A stretch of DNA of 64,000 nucleotides from the human T2T-CHM13v2.0 reference genome, Homo sapiens. A program made the position numbers and the translations under genes. How positions within the stretch are numbered: position 1 is the first letter of the stretch; each line of letters starts with the position of its first letter. Location: NCBI RefSeq assembly GCF_009914755.1, contig NC_060928.1; one strand, given 5' to 3'. The notes beneath the pieces were generated by a model. That model was not told the origin of the DNA and ran no database searches. It worked only from the letters and a program-made list of their open reading frames with translations. Positions 12,943 to 27,245 of this stretch are shown here, in pieces.

Positions 12943-13496
12943 AGAATGGAGTCGCTCACGTGATCCTCAGAGCAATGATCAGCAATGTGGTTGCCCAGTT
13001 TTGCAGATGGGGAGGCCAAGGCTCACAGGGGCTGAGTAATTTGCTCAGGGTGGGTGGCTGGGGATCCAGGTTCCCACCTGTGAGCACAGCACTGCCTCTT
13101 ACGCTCCACCCACGCTTCCTCTTCCCTCTTAGGAGGGATGAAAGCAGGAGATGCCAGCCCCCTTCAGACACTCACCGGCCCAGTGACCCACAGGGCCAGG
13201 CCATTTGCAGGAGGGAGAAGATGGTCCTCTTGATGGAGGAGTGGCCTACATGGACAAGGAGGGCTGGGCTGGCCAGCACGTGTCAGTGGCCAGCACATGG
13301 CAGTGGACAGCCCAGGTTTTGGGGGGCCTTGGAAACCAGGCTGAAGGACACAGGATGGCACAGAGCCCTGGAGGCTTCCACATGGTGGGTGATGAGATCA
13401 CATGTGCTGGTTGGTTGGTTTGCCTTTTAAGAAAGTCCACTTGCTGCAGTTGGGAGACAAACGGGGTGACAGAGAGTGAGAGGCAGGGAGGGTCAC

Positions 13497-13713
13497 CCAT
13501 CCATGCATCCCTCCGTTCATCTGTTGACTCATTCATTCATCAGTCCACTAATTCATTCATTCATCTATCCACTTATCCATCCTCCCACCCACCTATCCGT
13601 TGATTCATACATCCACCCACCCATCCATCCATCCACCCATCCATCCATCCATCCGTCCATCCATCCACTCATCCATCCGTCCATCCATCCACCCACCCAT
13701 CCATTCACCCACT

Positions 13714-13748
<35 letters not shown>

Positions 13749-14460
13749 CCACTTATCCATCCGTCCATCCATGCACCCACCCATCCATTCACCCACTCAT
13801 CCATCCATCCATTCCATCCATCCATCCGTCCATCCACCCATCCATCCACCCATCCGTCCATCCGTCCATCCATCCACCCACCCATCCATCCATCCACCCA
13901 TCCACCCATCCACCCATCCATCCATCCATCCACCCATCCACCCATCCACCCATCCACCCATCCATCCACCCATCCGTCCATCCATCCACTCATCCATCCA
14001 TCCATCCATCCATCCACCCATCTGTCCATCCATCCACTCATCCGTCCATCCATCCACCCATCCATCCAGCCACCCACCCACCCACCCATCCATCCATCCA
14101 CCCATCCACCCATCCATCCATCCACCCATCCACCCATCCACCCATCCACCCATCCATCCATCCATCCATCCATCCATCCATCCATCCATCCACCCATCCG
14201 TCCATCCATCCACTCATCCATCCATCCATCCACCCATCCATCCATCCAGCCACCCACCCATCCATCCAGCCACCCACCCATCCATCCACCCTTCCATCCA
14301 TCCATCCACCCATGCATGCATCCACCCATCCATCCACCCATCCACTCATGCATCTACCCATCTGCCCATCCATCCACTCATCCATCCACTCACCCATCCT
14401 CCATCCCTTCATCCATCCACTCGTGCATTCATCATGCATCAACTTATTTATTCATTCAAC
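13497..14460. repeat. (CCAT/CCAC)n tetranucleotide array, ~1 kb
   Basis: Seen directly; source of the HPSI/MDGW ORFs. Confidence 0.97.
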
Positions 14461-16021
14461 TAATATCTATCCCATGGCCATCTATGCTGCTGCTGACACC
14501 TGTGAGGTGACATCAAGGTGAGAGATGATGAATTGGTGAGCAGGGACAGGGTTAGGATATTCCTTGTTGATTAGGTGATGTGTTAGCTGTGGGTGAAGGG
14601 GATGCTGTTCCCTGAGATGGAGAGCCCTGGAGAGATGGCAGACCTTAGTGGGAGCATATGGAGGCTCTAGGATGGGACAGGCAGAGTTCACCAGCCTGAG
14701 CATCCAAGGCAACATCCAACAGGCTCAGGGCGGCCAGCAGGAAGAAGAGCTATATGTGCCCCCTGCCATTGCAGATTCCAGGGGTGAGCTCTCAGGGGAT
14801 GCTTCCTCCAGCCTGGGACAGGCTCCCTGGTCTCTTTCCTGGCTCCACCCTGAATTCTCTGTTTAGCTCAGCACAAAACAAGAGACAGAGGGAGCTGGGG
14901 TATTGACCCCCTAGCTATGGGTGAGCTAGTTCAGGGCCCTTGCAGGCTCTGAGCACCCACAGCTCCCTGAGAACGAAGCCAGGCTCCTGGAAGTCACCTG
15001 CCATCCCCAGTCTCCCCCATGGCTGAACACTCAGGGTGTGGCTGGTTCCTCTGAGGGCTGTTCCTGTGAGGGGTGGGAGCCCCTGCCTAGTGGGAACAGA
15101 AGCCTGAGTGTGGAGCCCTGAGGAGGGCTGGGAAACAGAGCTGGGGCTAAATGGGCCATCCCTTCCAATCAGCGATGTTCTCCATTTCCCTTGATAGCCA
15201 GGCAGCCTCCCCTGTGCAGGAGAAAAATGGCTCAATTGGGCTTGTTGGTATACAGAGCTTTTGTCTCAGAAATAGAGTGAACCCTGGAAACTTCAGCCCT
15301 AATACATGGAAAATTATTCCCTCTTAAAGTCAATAGGTTATTGTAGGAGAGGAGGGAAAAGAAAAAAAAAAAAAACTCGAGCTTTTCAGAAAACAAGTCT
15401 CCTGAATCTCCTGCCCCTGGAACTAATAAAACAGAGAGGAAGGGACTCTGGAGTTCCTCCCTCTTCTGAAGAGCATGCAGAACTGAACCAAAACACCAGA
15501 GCCAAAAAATAAAATAGAAAGTGCAAAGGCCCCCAGGCTCAGGGGCACACATACAGAGGTCGGGGAGCTCCAGGCCTCTTCCTCAAGTGCTCTGGGGACC
15601 CACCTGATGGAGACTTACCATGTGCTGGGTGCTGAGCTCAATGGCTCTTCACCTGTGTCATCCATCAGGGCTGGAGGGAGTGGCAGGGGGACCTAAGAGA
15701 GACAGGGACCTGCCCATGGGCGTAAGCAGCATCCCCCAGGACAGTGACTGTGGCCACCATGTTAGAGACAAGAACACAGGCTCACCAAGGCTCAGGGACC
15801 CATTCAGGATCCCAAGTCAGCAAGGGACTGGGTGGTGAGTGAGATTTGGACCCACGACTCTCTGAGACCCAAACCCAGACCCACCCCGCTGCATCAGCAG
15901 ACTCCAATCTCACCCCACAGGCCCTGGAGAGCCTGGTGTTTGTGGGCACCTGCCTGCCTTTCTGTGATTTATAAAGTAAGCCTTCTGCTGCCTCTGTCTT
16001 CAGGGAAAACCAGAGTGCACG

Positions 16022-16383
16022 CTCTGCCTCCGTCAGTTCGGATGGCTCTCACGAAACACTCCAAACTGGGTGACTTAAACAACAGACATTTATTTCTCAT
16101 AGCTCTGGGGTTTGAAAGTCCAACATCAAGGTTCCAGCAAGGTCAGGTTCTGGTGAGGGCTGTCTTCCTAGTTTACAGGTGGCTGCCTTCTCGTTATCTT
16201 CACGTGGCAGAAAAAGAGCTAGCCAGCTCTCTGGCCTCTTCTTACCAGGGCACTAATCTCATCACAAGGGCTCCACCCTCATGACCTAATTCCTCCCAAA
16301 GGTCCTGCCTCCAAATCCCATCACCTTGGGATTAGGGGTTCAGCCTGTGAACTGGGGAGGAATACAACATTCAGTCCATTGCA
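16022..16383 (-). mobile_element. MaLR LTR, MLT1A-like
   Basis: aaactgggtgacttaaacaacagacatttatttctcatagctctgg...ggcactaatctcatcacaagggctccaccctcatgacctaat...cattcagtccattgca. Confidence 0.85.
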
Positions 16384-19300
16384 GCCTCCTTTGTCCAGAC
16401 CACTTTTCTTCTATCGTGGGAGGTGGGAGGTCACGTTCCAGCAACAGCTCAGAGGCATCCAGGGACCAAGCCTGGGTCACCCAGCAAAGCCAAGGCTCAA
16501 TTCACCAAGGCCTCCCTCCAGGTCCTGTGTCTTCTCCCCTTCCCCGGCACCGGCGGGGCTTGCTAGTGGCAAAGCTCAGCCTGCCCAGAGGGAGGCCTGC
16601 TGTGGGAGGGCTCTCTCCTCTTCTCCTCTGCGCTGCCCCCCACCTCCCTGCCATCTTTGCCTCAATATTGCATGTCGGCTCCATCGCAGTGAGGAATCCC
16701 CAGCTGTCTCAGCCCACAGTAAACAATAAATGGTGCTGTCCTTCAAGCGGGAGAGGAGGTGACAGGTTCATTCTCTTGTTCCTGAGAGCAGCTGAGGGGA
16801 CCCACGTGTGCAGGGTGACCGTGACACCTGGCCCCCAAGGTCATCGAAGGTCAGAGGTGCAGCCGGTGATGGTGGGCCCCTGCCTCCTCATGGGGACGCT
16901 GCCGTGGGATTCCCACAAGAGCACGTGTAGCCTGATTCCATTTTCCAACACTGTGGTCACGCAGCTTCCCTGTTAAGCAAGAAGTGGGATTTAAGGGAGC
17001 TCCCTCTGATAGGCTGTGCTTGCCGTAGCCAGAATTTCATCCCTCTTCCCTGCAAAAACACATATTAGAAAACTGACAAATCACTTTCTTATCCCTTGTG
17101 CAGTAGGGACTCTTAGAAAGCCCGAAAGATCATTGCCTGGTAAAAATAGCTTAAATTCCAAAGTGATTTCTGCAATGGGGAATCCCCAGGTCCAGGGAGG
17201 CCCTGGTTAGGACAAGTGTAGTTCCAGATGCTGCTGCCTGTTTTTTAACAACCCCTGCTTTCTGGTGCCGAGAAACACCACCCCAACACTGCAAATCCAC
17301 TCATCCCCAGGCTGTTACAACTGGGCTTCTCCAGGCATTTATCACATGAACGGTGCCACATCTACATGGGGACACAGGGCTTCAGCATTGCCCTCTAAAT
17401 CTCATTCATCCTGGACACCCAAGAGTCTTAATACTGGGCCTGTCTCCATTTCCTCACTGCTGCCAGCCCACACTACCTTCGCTACTGTCTCCTCTCACCA
17501 AGCTGACTCCAGCAGCCTCCCCACGGTCACCCTGGTCTTCCCTAGCCCACTTCCCTCCACTTCCAGAGCCCAGCTCTGCCTGGGCCACTGCCATCCCCGG
17601 TCGCATACTTGGAGCCTTTTGCCAGCCTTCTGATGTCGGTTACTGCAAAATCCAGGCTGCCTGTGCTGTGCCTGCTCACCTCTGCAAATTCATCTCCATG
17701 CCTGCAGGCCTGTGCCCGCTGACTAACCAGCCATCAGAGGTGGGTCCTTTCCAGACTGGGGCCTTGGCCCGTGCTCCGACACATCTGGCCCCACCTTCCC
17801 CACCCCATTCTTTGTGGCCAATTCCTGTTTACCCTGCAGCTTTTGGTTCAGATCCTGCCTCCTTCCACCCACCTCCCTCCCAACCCCAGATCAGCTCAGG
17901 ACCCCAGTCACGGGATCTCTGCTCTTCCCTGCATGCACAGACCAGTTTGCCGTGAGACCTGCGTGTGCCTGTCTGGGGCTCTGCATCTGTCTTCCTTACC
18001 CCACAGATGCACCCCAGGGCAGGAACTCTGTCTCTTGCCTTTCTGTCCACCGGCACCTGGCACCCTGCCTGGAACATCATCTTGAACAAACAAACGCATG
18101 CACAAACAAACTGATTAAAGAGCAATCATTAATGAAACCCAATCTCAACATGCCATGGCCCACATGTCTGAAATGTTCACTGCAGGCCAACATCTGTGGA
18201 TTCTGCTTTGGGCAGTGAGCTTTCTTCCTGATTTCTTTCATCATGAGCAATGTAGGATCACACTCCTTTGTGCCAAGAATAGTAATTATATTTTCTGAAA
18301 GCAAGGAGGAGAACATTCCTCCAGATACTTTTCCTTGGTTAGAATTGCTGGGCTGAAAGAGGAAAGCCTTTGAGGGCTCCAACACATATTACCAACCTTG
18401 CTTTTTCAAAGTGACCCCCATCGCCAGCAAAGAGGAATGCTCCCGCGACCATTTGTCTGGAATACATTGGGAAGTCACCTTTGATTTTACAGGTGAGGAG
18501 TCTCTGCAGGGCTAATCCTTGGCCTCGTGGGCAGTGAGTCCCATTCCTTGGATGCTCTGGCCAAGCCTGAGGTCTGCCATCCACTTTGGTGCAAGGTGGG
18601 GTCCTTCCTTATCACGGAGCTGAAGTCAAAATGGAGCTCACTAATGAGAGCCGCCATGTACTAAGTGCCCGCTGGAAGCTGAAGCCAGGCACTCTGTGGA
18701 GTGCTTCATGTCAGGGGGGTTGGTGGCATACAAGCGTTATCATCCCCACCTACAGACAAAGGGAGGCCCAGCACAGGGAAGTGGCTCCTTCAGTGACACA
18801 CATGGGAGCTGGGCTTTGAACCCTGGGCATCTTGTGCCAGAGGGCGGCTCACAGTCATGTGACAGTGTGCCTCACCATGGAATGGTGGGTGTGAGGCAAG
18901 GGCCATGTGTCCAAGCAGAGAGGGCACAGCAACAGGAATGGTCACACCCAGTGGGCTGGCCAGCATCCACGGTGACCCAAGGAGGAGGCCATCAGATGCC
19001 TTTCAGCTGCCATTTTTCACCAGACAAGCAAAGAGCAGCCACATCTAACATGAGACACTGAGGAAGGCAATAGCCTAAAATCCTACTCTGCCGGATTGAC
19101 AAAAGAGCTGGCCTTCAACACCCAGCAGGCCACTTTCTGAGCCAAGATGCCCCATTCCCGAGGCATCAGCATAGCCTGGGGAGCTGATGCTCTCATTGGC
19201 TGGGCTTGGGTCGCATGTTATCCATAGAACATAGGGTGGGGTCCACCCACCCACATGGCCATGGCAGGAGTCAGGGAAGGAGGGTTCCCCAAGCCTGGGG

Positions 19301-20327
19301 AGGGCAGGAGCGTGCCCCCAGCAAGGGCAGGTTGGGGAATGAGAGCAGCTTGTGTCCCTGCATCCACAGAGGAGCCCAGCAAGCGATGCTGCTCTTGGTA
19401 CATTTCTTCTATCTCTACTGGTTTTTTATTAAAAAAAGAAAACATTCCTTATTTTAGGACTTCAAAAAAATCTCAAACTCCTCCTTCCTGCTTCTTTCAA
19501 CTCAGCAGCAAGTCTATCGATTTGAAGCTTGAAAGGAACTCCCAGCCTGCCTTTTCAACCCACCTGCTTTCCGGGGGAGATGTCCCAGCTTGGACAGCAT
19601 TCTAGATGTTGGCCTTTTATTGATGTGGTGGGGCATTGGGTGGGGGACTGGGGCAGGGAGTGGATCCCCCAAGCCAGAGGCCCCTGAGGCCAGGCCAGGC
19701 TACAGGGCACTGATAATCCACCAGTCACTGGTCGCCTAAGGGCTGGCCTCCTTCCCCTTAACCTGCTGGCCATGGGCCACTGGGCTTCTCCAAGACTCTG
19801 TGTTCTTATTGGGACATGGATGCTTTCTGCACAGAAAGGGAGAAATTCAGTAATGCTTATGATGAACCCAGCACTGGTGCAAGCACATAGTTGGTGCTCA
19901 GTTAATTCTTGTTCCTTTCTGCCTGCCCACAGCCCGCTGCGCACACACAGAGTTCCTCCTTATCTCACGAATTCTCTCCTGAATGAGTTCGAACCCCTTG
20001 GGGACCAGCACCGTATCTTATCCCTCTTTGCCCCCAGGACACACCAAGGGCAACCATATAACAGTACCAGTGAATTCACTAGAATGAAACACATGAGTCC
20101 CACCCCCATGCCACAGGGCCTGTGAAAGCTGGCCCTAGACGGTGGGATGGGTTAGGGCAGAGGGAGATGAGTTCTCATATTTGCTCCCGAGGACTGAAAG
20201 GAATTCGATGTAACTAAAATATGAATCCACAGGCGGATGAACAGAGCAGGGCCGGGGAGAGCTGGTGGCAACTGGAAATAGCAGCTCCTCTTCACACCTG
20301 CCGGGAGCTGGTGTTTTTTTTTTTTCC

Positions 20328-20372
20328 GTGTGTGTGTGTGTATGTGTGTATGTGTGTGTGTGTGTGTGTGTG
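20328..20372. repeat. Interrupted (GT)n microsatellite
   Basis: Seen directly. Confidence 0.9.
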
Positions 20373-23300
20373 TATTTCAAGCAGCTGAGGCTGCAAATGT
20401 TTGATGGTCAACTGCAGTTGCCTCCCTGCCTGTGAACCGCCCTGAGACTGTGCTATCAGGGAGCTTGTCTCCCTGGGCAAAGATGGGGGTGCCCAGCAAG
20501 GCACTGGGGGCCTGAGTTCTGGGCCTGTCCCTGTTTGCTCCCGCTGGGGGCCATCTGCAGAGGACAACACTTCCCAGGGCCTCAGTTTCTGCTTCTGCAA
20601 AAGGAAATGGAGCCTCCTGGGACTCCAAGGTGCTCTGGCACCACTGCTTTGTGTGGTGGGCAGCCAGGCGGCTTTGGTGGTGATCGGCAGACACCAACGC
20701 AGGCTCACAGCCGCAGAAAGGGGTTTTCTTGGAAAGACATGAGATAGAATTGAAAACAGGTGTGTCTGGGGAACCCAGCTGGCAGAGGGCAGGGGACACA
20801 GAGGCTTCAGGAATCTTAGTAGCCACACAGCTGCTGTTACAAAGAACCCAATGTCTGCCCACCCTGTGTCTCTAGTAGATCATGGACTTGTCCCTTATGA
20901 AGGCAGGAAACTTGATGGACTCTTCCAACAGGACAATCCACTGTAGGGGAGAGGTTATCCTTCACGAGGAAAATGGAGTCATCTTACCAAACAAAGTGGG
21001 GAGTGTGTGCTCAGTGCTCATATGTTCATTACCACTTGAGGTAAAACAAAGTGTCCAAGTCTCTGAGCCCTTTTTCCATCTGTCTCACCCGCTCATCTGC
21101 TGTCTTGGCCTTTTCTTCCCTCCCAGGGCTGTGAACCAGCTGAGCTTGGCTTTCCTGCAGGTGTCTTTTTGGTAAGCCCATCTCATTTCAAAGCCAAGCT
21201 TGGTTTACTGCACAAAAGGGTGCAGTGACCGCTAGTGCCTTGGCCTGATCTTTCCTGCTCTGGATTTGTCCAGGGAAGGCCACTTTGTTCCTAGAAGTTC
21301 TGCCTAGCCCATTGATTGCTTGCCATTTGTCATGGCAAAATATGCTGGAGCTGTATTTTCCAAAGTGATTGAAATTCTTAAGGGAAAATTGGTTTGATAT
21401 TGTTGGTCAAGATCTCTCAGCGGAGCCTCCTCCCCATCTCACTGCAAATAAAAGGATTGCTTTTATCAATGTAATCCTCAGGCCAGAGTTCCATGGGTCT
21501 TCTTCCAGTTTGGTTCATCAGACATTTCCTGAGCCCCTATTCTGACTTGGCATCAGCTCCCTTGTGCTACTGTAGAAATAAGGACCAGCTAGGGATCCTA
21601 CCATTGAGAAATTCAAAGTCCAGCGGGGAAGACAGGCAAGAAAATGGGTGATCCTTATGCCACATCGGCTGTGCATGCTGAGCCAGAGGGCAGTCAAGGG
21701 CTATGAGATGCAGAGAGGCCTTGACCCAAGCTGATGCAGAGGAGATGATGCCCTGGGCTGAGGCCACTGCCCCAGGAGAGAAGCAAAGAGCCCACTGGAG
21801 TAGGGACAGCTCTGAGTGTCACTGTGATGGTTTCTTACTCTACCCGTGACATGAGCTGGGTCTTCTCTGCTGTCAGGGCCACAAGGTGAGGCATGTATCC
21901 ACAACACCCTCACCCGGAGCCTTCCCTGGCTCTCCATTCAGCATCGAACTCCAGGCAGCACGCGAGCCAAGCTCTTTATCAGATGACTTTTATGTTATTT
22001 AAAAACATTGATCAGTGCCTCCTGGGCTGGGTCCCAGTTTGTGAAAGGAGACTTTGACTAGGTATATGAACAAATTGTAATATACAAATAATACCACCGT
22101 GTAATTACTCTGGTGTAAGAGAATAATTACATGGGTAATTGTGCGTCGTAATCGGCAGCGTTGCCTGCTCTGCAAATCATGGCGTCCTTAATGGTTGCAA
22201 CCACATCACTGTGCTCCACACGGCTCATAAATAGATGCCTAAGGATGCTGCCGAGATATGAATCCTAATTGTCATGTAATTAGAGAGCAATTAGTTATTT
22301 GTCCCATATCAATTAGCCATTATGCATCCTCCAAAGTCCTGCTACACTTTGAACAAAATGTGGCTCCCTCCCTCCCTGACAGGGAAACAGAAACCTGTTT
22401 CCCAAGATCCAGGGCCCATGCGAGGTGGGGCAGGTATATTGCTGAGGGTCCTTGGCTGTGGTATCTTTGGGATCTCTGAACTCAGCGTTGACTATTTTCC
22501 TGGTCATGGCTGGAAGAGAAAGAATCCCAGGAAGGTGTCTCTGTCCCCTAGGGCACCAGCACTTTCAGCAGGGCAAAGAGGGTGGCTTGGCCCTAAAATC
22601 TGGACCAGGATGTGGAGGGCTGCCCACACAGAGGCTCCACTAGAGGGTAGCTCTGATTTCTCTGACAAAAAAGCACTGGCCCCAGTCCAAGCTTCCCCAG
22701 GTTCCCTCTAAACTGACGATGAAGGCAGAGCATAAAATAAACAGCCAGAAACAAAGAGAGAGACCATGCCAGCAGCTGAGGCCTCCCACTAGGTAGGTAG
22801 AGAAAGCTCATGGAGCAGGGATACCCTGGCCCCCCACAGGGATCAGGAACAGTGCTTCAACCTCCTGCCATGGCCGTGGCTGCCCTCAGTGGGGTGGGCA
22901 TCTCCTCACTCATGCACGCTGGTCCTGGGACAACTAGATGACTTTTCCTCCCCACCTTCCTGCCTCTCCACTCCAGCACCCCTGAGCTCCGTATGAGCTC
23001 TGTATTTGTACAGTCTATAAGGGAGGAATCAGGGTGTGGAGGGGCCTCTGGAGAGAGCTTATTCCCTGCAATGTGTGGTCTCTGTAGAAGTATAGTGGTG
23101 AGGAGAATGGATGGAAGGTTAGAAAAATGGATGGAGAGGAGAGGCAGCTCTCAGAGAGGAAGGCAGAACTAGGAAGGGAGCGAGGAGTGGGGGTGGAGTG
23201 ATCGTAAGACAATAAAAGTTTCAACCATAGAACTAGAGGCCATTTTGGAAGCCTGAGAGCACAAAATGGACACTGCAGGAAAGAGTCAGTGATGTGGAGG

Positions 23301-23609
23301 GGGCGCTAAGCAGGGGTCTGGATGGCTGGGTAGCAGTATGAAGATGCTGGGCTGGGAGGGCAACAGAGCCAGCCTGAGATCCACAAGGTCCTAGTGAGAT
23401 CCAGACCAAGTCACAGATGTGTGGGTGGTGGGGTGGTCAGGGGAGAGTTCCTGAAGGGGAACAAAGCCCTGGTTAAGCCAATCCTCATATTCTGATTTTT
23501 TTTCTTTAATTATGAGAGGGGGGAAAAAAAACCATGTAATTTTTCATCAAAAAAGGAAACATTCTGTATAAAAGATAAAAATGGGCCATTACAAACATAT
23601 TTTCAGTAC

Positions 23610-23800
23610 TGAATTTCAAAATGATAAAATGGATTTGAATGTCTGTAGATAGGTGCAGAAAAAGTCTGATCTCAGAATTTTATACCCAGCTAAGCTGTCA
23701 TCTGCAGACTGAGATAAAGGCAACTTCAGATAGCAGAACATCATGAACTGTATGTCCAGGGACTTGTCTTCAAATGAGACTGCCTGGAAAACATCTCTTG
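23610..23800 (+). mobile_element. Ancient L1/HAL1 ORF1 fragment
   Basis: agaattttatacccagctaagctgtca encodes RILYPAKLS, matching the L1 ORF1p C-terminal motif RI(S/L)YPAKLSF; AT-rich context. Confidence 0.6.
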
Positions 23801-26800
23801 CCAACAGAGAGATGAGTGAGGCTGCATGTGGGGAAGGTGGAGGTGTACGAGCCCAGGTATGGATGGAGACCAGGTGGGCACCAGGTTCAGCTTCAACAGC
23901 TGTTGTTGTGAGAATGGATGGAAGCCCAGCACACATATCAAAAACATGTTTCTGGAAAAGAAAAGCTATTGTCTCAAACCTGGTGTATGTCAATCATGAC
24001 TGATATTCGGGAAGGGGAGAGGAAGGTGAAGGTGGGAGGAGAGACAGCTGGGCCCCTTTCCTGATACAGAGGGAGGTCAGAGGCACAACTTCATCACATT
24101 AGTTGATGTGAACTTGAAGTTGAGGAATATTTTGAGAAATCCCAAACAATCTTTAGTTAAATCCAATTAGGAGGTTCATCGCCCACATTGCTGGAAAAGA
24201 ACATGCAAGGAAAACAGCCATGGGCGAGAGACTCAGGGCCTATGAAACAACCAGGAAGTGTCACAAATCAGAATGTTCATGAAACGAGGGAACAAATGCA
24301 AGGCCAAAAAATCATAAGGATGGCCATAAGGAGATGCTGATTCCTTGCCTTGATCTCCTAAGGGGGCACTACATATCATGGGGAGGACAGGACCAGGGAG
24401 GACGGTGCCAGAGGGGAGCTGCACCCACTTTCAAATACTCCCCAGAGTCTGGCAGGATGCACTCCCAGTGCTGGAGGATTGACTGTGATGAACCCAAAAG
24501 TGCTTTGCGAGCTGTAACATAGGAGAGTTGTTTATTATTATTGAGGAGGAGGCCACCTAGGAGTATAGACCACATAAGTGAATGACATCATGGTATACTT
24601 GGAGACACTACATGTGGGACCTTCCTCTTCCTGCTCCCATGTCCTCTCTGTGCTGACACTCATTGGCCCTCCCCCAGAGGCCCTACTCCTGACCAAGAAT
24701 ACCTTCCCTATGAGACAGTCCTGGTGCTAGACAGCCCACCATTAGGATATTAAGTCCCCCCATAAATTCAGCAAACACCATTAAAGTGTTTGGAGGTGAA
24801 GTGTTAAGAATATGTGTAGGTAGAATGATGAAAAAGATGACTTCCTTGTGCTCAGGGCATCTTTGATGCCTGTCAGAGATGCATAAAGATTCTGCAAGGT
24901 AAGAGGAGTGCCAGGATTGAGATTTGTAGAGCACAGCGGGAGCCCCGAGGAAGAACATCCCAAAGAGAAATGCTGTGTGGGCTGAACCCTCCAGAGAGGG
25001 CAATGCACAGGAAAGCAGGAAGGGGTGCACACAGGACCCCGTGAGAAACATGCTGGCTCCAAATGTAAAGGCATATTGGAACACCTGCCTCCAGAACACT
25101 AGGGCAGAGTTCTCAGGAGAGCTGAGGAAGTAGGGCAGGTGAAGTCCAAGGCATGGAGGCTCAGGTGCAAGTGCATCAAAGTCATCACAGTCGAGGTTGT
25201 GTCTGGAATCAGCTGCTCAGCCCGGCCGTTCACCTGGCAAAACTCCTGAGGATGGGAGCAGCACTGTCCACAAGGTGTCCTTGTTCAGGTTTCTCTCTGG
25301 ATACTGGAGTTCAGGTCTAACCTATGCAGGCAACCTCCAAAGACCTCTTCAGGGTAAACACTCCCTCTATGTGAAAGTGATGGTAATTGCATGAGATGGA
25401 CCATTCCAGAACCTCTGGCTGTGTGAGCCAGTTGCTATTAAACTGTCTTGTTTTAATGGCCACTTTCCCAAAGAGCAGTTAGGTGCAATCGCTGTGAAAT
25501 TGCCTGCAAGTAGCTAAAAGCAGGCAGCATCCTGAGGGCACTTTCTGGCAGGGGCCATTTCCAAAGACACCCCCAGCCATGGTCCCTACCCACCTGTGTG
25601 AGCCCATGTAGCCTGTGCAGGAGCACAAATGCCCTCCACCAGCCCTTGCTGGCAGAGGAATGAGGAGGCATCTGAGACACAGCCCAGGCTGTGGTGCCTC
25701 AGCTCATCTCTCTACCCCACACCCACAACTGGGGAGAAGCCCTCATTTCTTCATTTACGCGTGCAACTATTTAGTGTCAGGGTTGGGTATCGGATGAAAA
25801 CAGACATAGCCCCTGCTCTCATTCCCTGAGGGAAACTGACGTTGATTTAAAAAAATGCATCAAATTGCAAACCTTGGTTTGGTAAAGGAAATGTGCAAAG
25901 TGTCAGGAAAAGGCACGGGTTTAAAAGTTGCTCTAGAAGGGGATCATGGGGGATTTTTCCCTGCAAAAGTGGCATTTGAGCCTAAACCTGAAGGTAAGAG
26001 CTACATAGGTGAAGGGAGCAGGTGCAAAGGTCCTGAGGCTGGAGAGACTTGAAGAAGGTCAGTGTGACAGCAGGTGGCAGAGGCAGAGCCCCCAGGAAAG
26101 CTGTTCACAGGGACAGATGAGAAAGGTGTGGAGCTGACATAACAAGTGCCCACTAGTCCAGCACAGGGTGCTTCTGCAGTGGGTAAGAGTCCTGGAAACA
26201 GTGCTGATATTCAACACTCAACTCACATCGCGATGCTCATTGACTCCTGGGAGAAATGGGGAGCCAGTAAAGGATTTTAAACACAGGATGCCAACGTTAG
26301 GGTTGTATTTGGAATGATCCTCTATGGCTGGATAGGAGGGGACCCACTGGAGGCCATTGCCACCATCCAGGTGAGGGGTGATGGGGGTCTGGACAGTGGG
26401 GCTGGGTTTTGGCAATGGGGAGAGTGGAGTTCCCGTCCTCCTTCCTGAAGCCTGAGACACTGGAGGAAGAGTGGGCTTGTGAGGACCCATAATGAGTTTC
26501 CTCTGAGGATGTTGATTTTAAAGGTGCCTCGAGGCATCTGAGTGGGGAGCTGACGTTTGGTATATTAGCAAAGAGCTCCAGGGGGCGCTGGGCTGGAGAC
26601 ACTCGCGCAGCCTCTGTGGCTGTAACCTGGGCCCAGAGGAGCCCACCCAGAGGGAATATGGGGAGCAAAAAGAGAAGGAGGACTGGTCCTATCACTGGCA
26701 CGGACTCAGCTGGACACATGGAAAGACCCAGGAGGCTGAGACCCAGTCTTGGGCTCATGGGAAATCTGCACAAAGTTCACTTTTCATAAGAGTATATGTA

Positions 26801-26843
26801 TGCTTGAAACATGTAGTCATGTAACTAGGATCTAGATTTTTTT

Positions 26844-27245
26844 CCATGTACCCATCTGCCCATCCATCTATCCATCCATCCATCCAGTCACCCACCTACC
26901 CTTCCACCTACCCATCCACCATTCATCCACCCACCCACCATCCATGTGTCCACCCATCTACCTACCACCCATTCACCCACCACCTACCCACCCACCCATC
27001 CATCCACTTACCTGCCCATCATCCATCCATCTACCCATCCATCCACCTACCACCCATCCATCCAGTCACCCACCATCCATCCATCCACCATCCACCCACC
27101 CACCATCCATCCATCCATCCATCCACCCACCCACCCACCCATCCATCCACCCACTCACTCACATATCCATTCATCCAACCACCCACCTGTCCATCCGTCC
27201 ATCTATCCATTTATCCATCCATCTGTCCACTCATCCATCCATCCC
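26844..27245. repeat. (CCAT/CCAC)n array
   Basis: Seen directly. Confidence 0.95.

Noticed and set aside
13476-14510. Long ORFs (344, 287, 262 aa) of HPSI/MDGW repeats
   Set aside because: Translation artefacts of the (CCAT)n array, which lacks stop codons; the same applies at 26846-27649 and 31377-32261.
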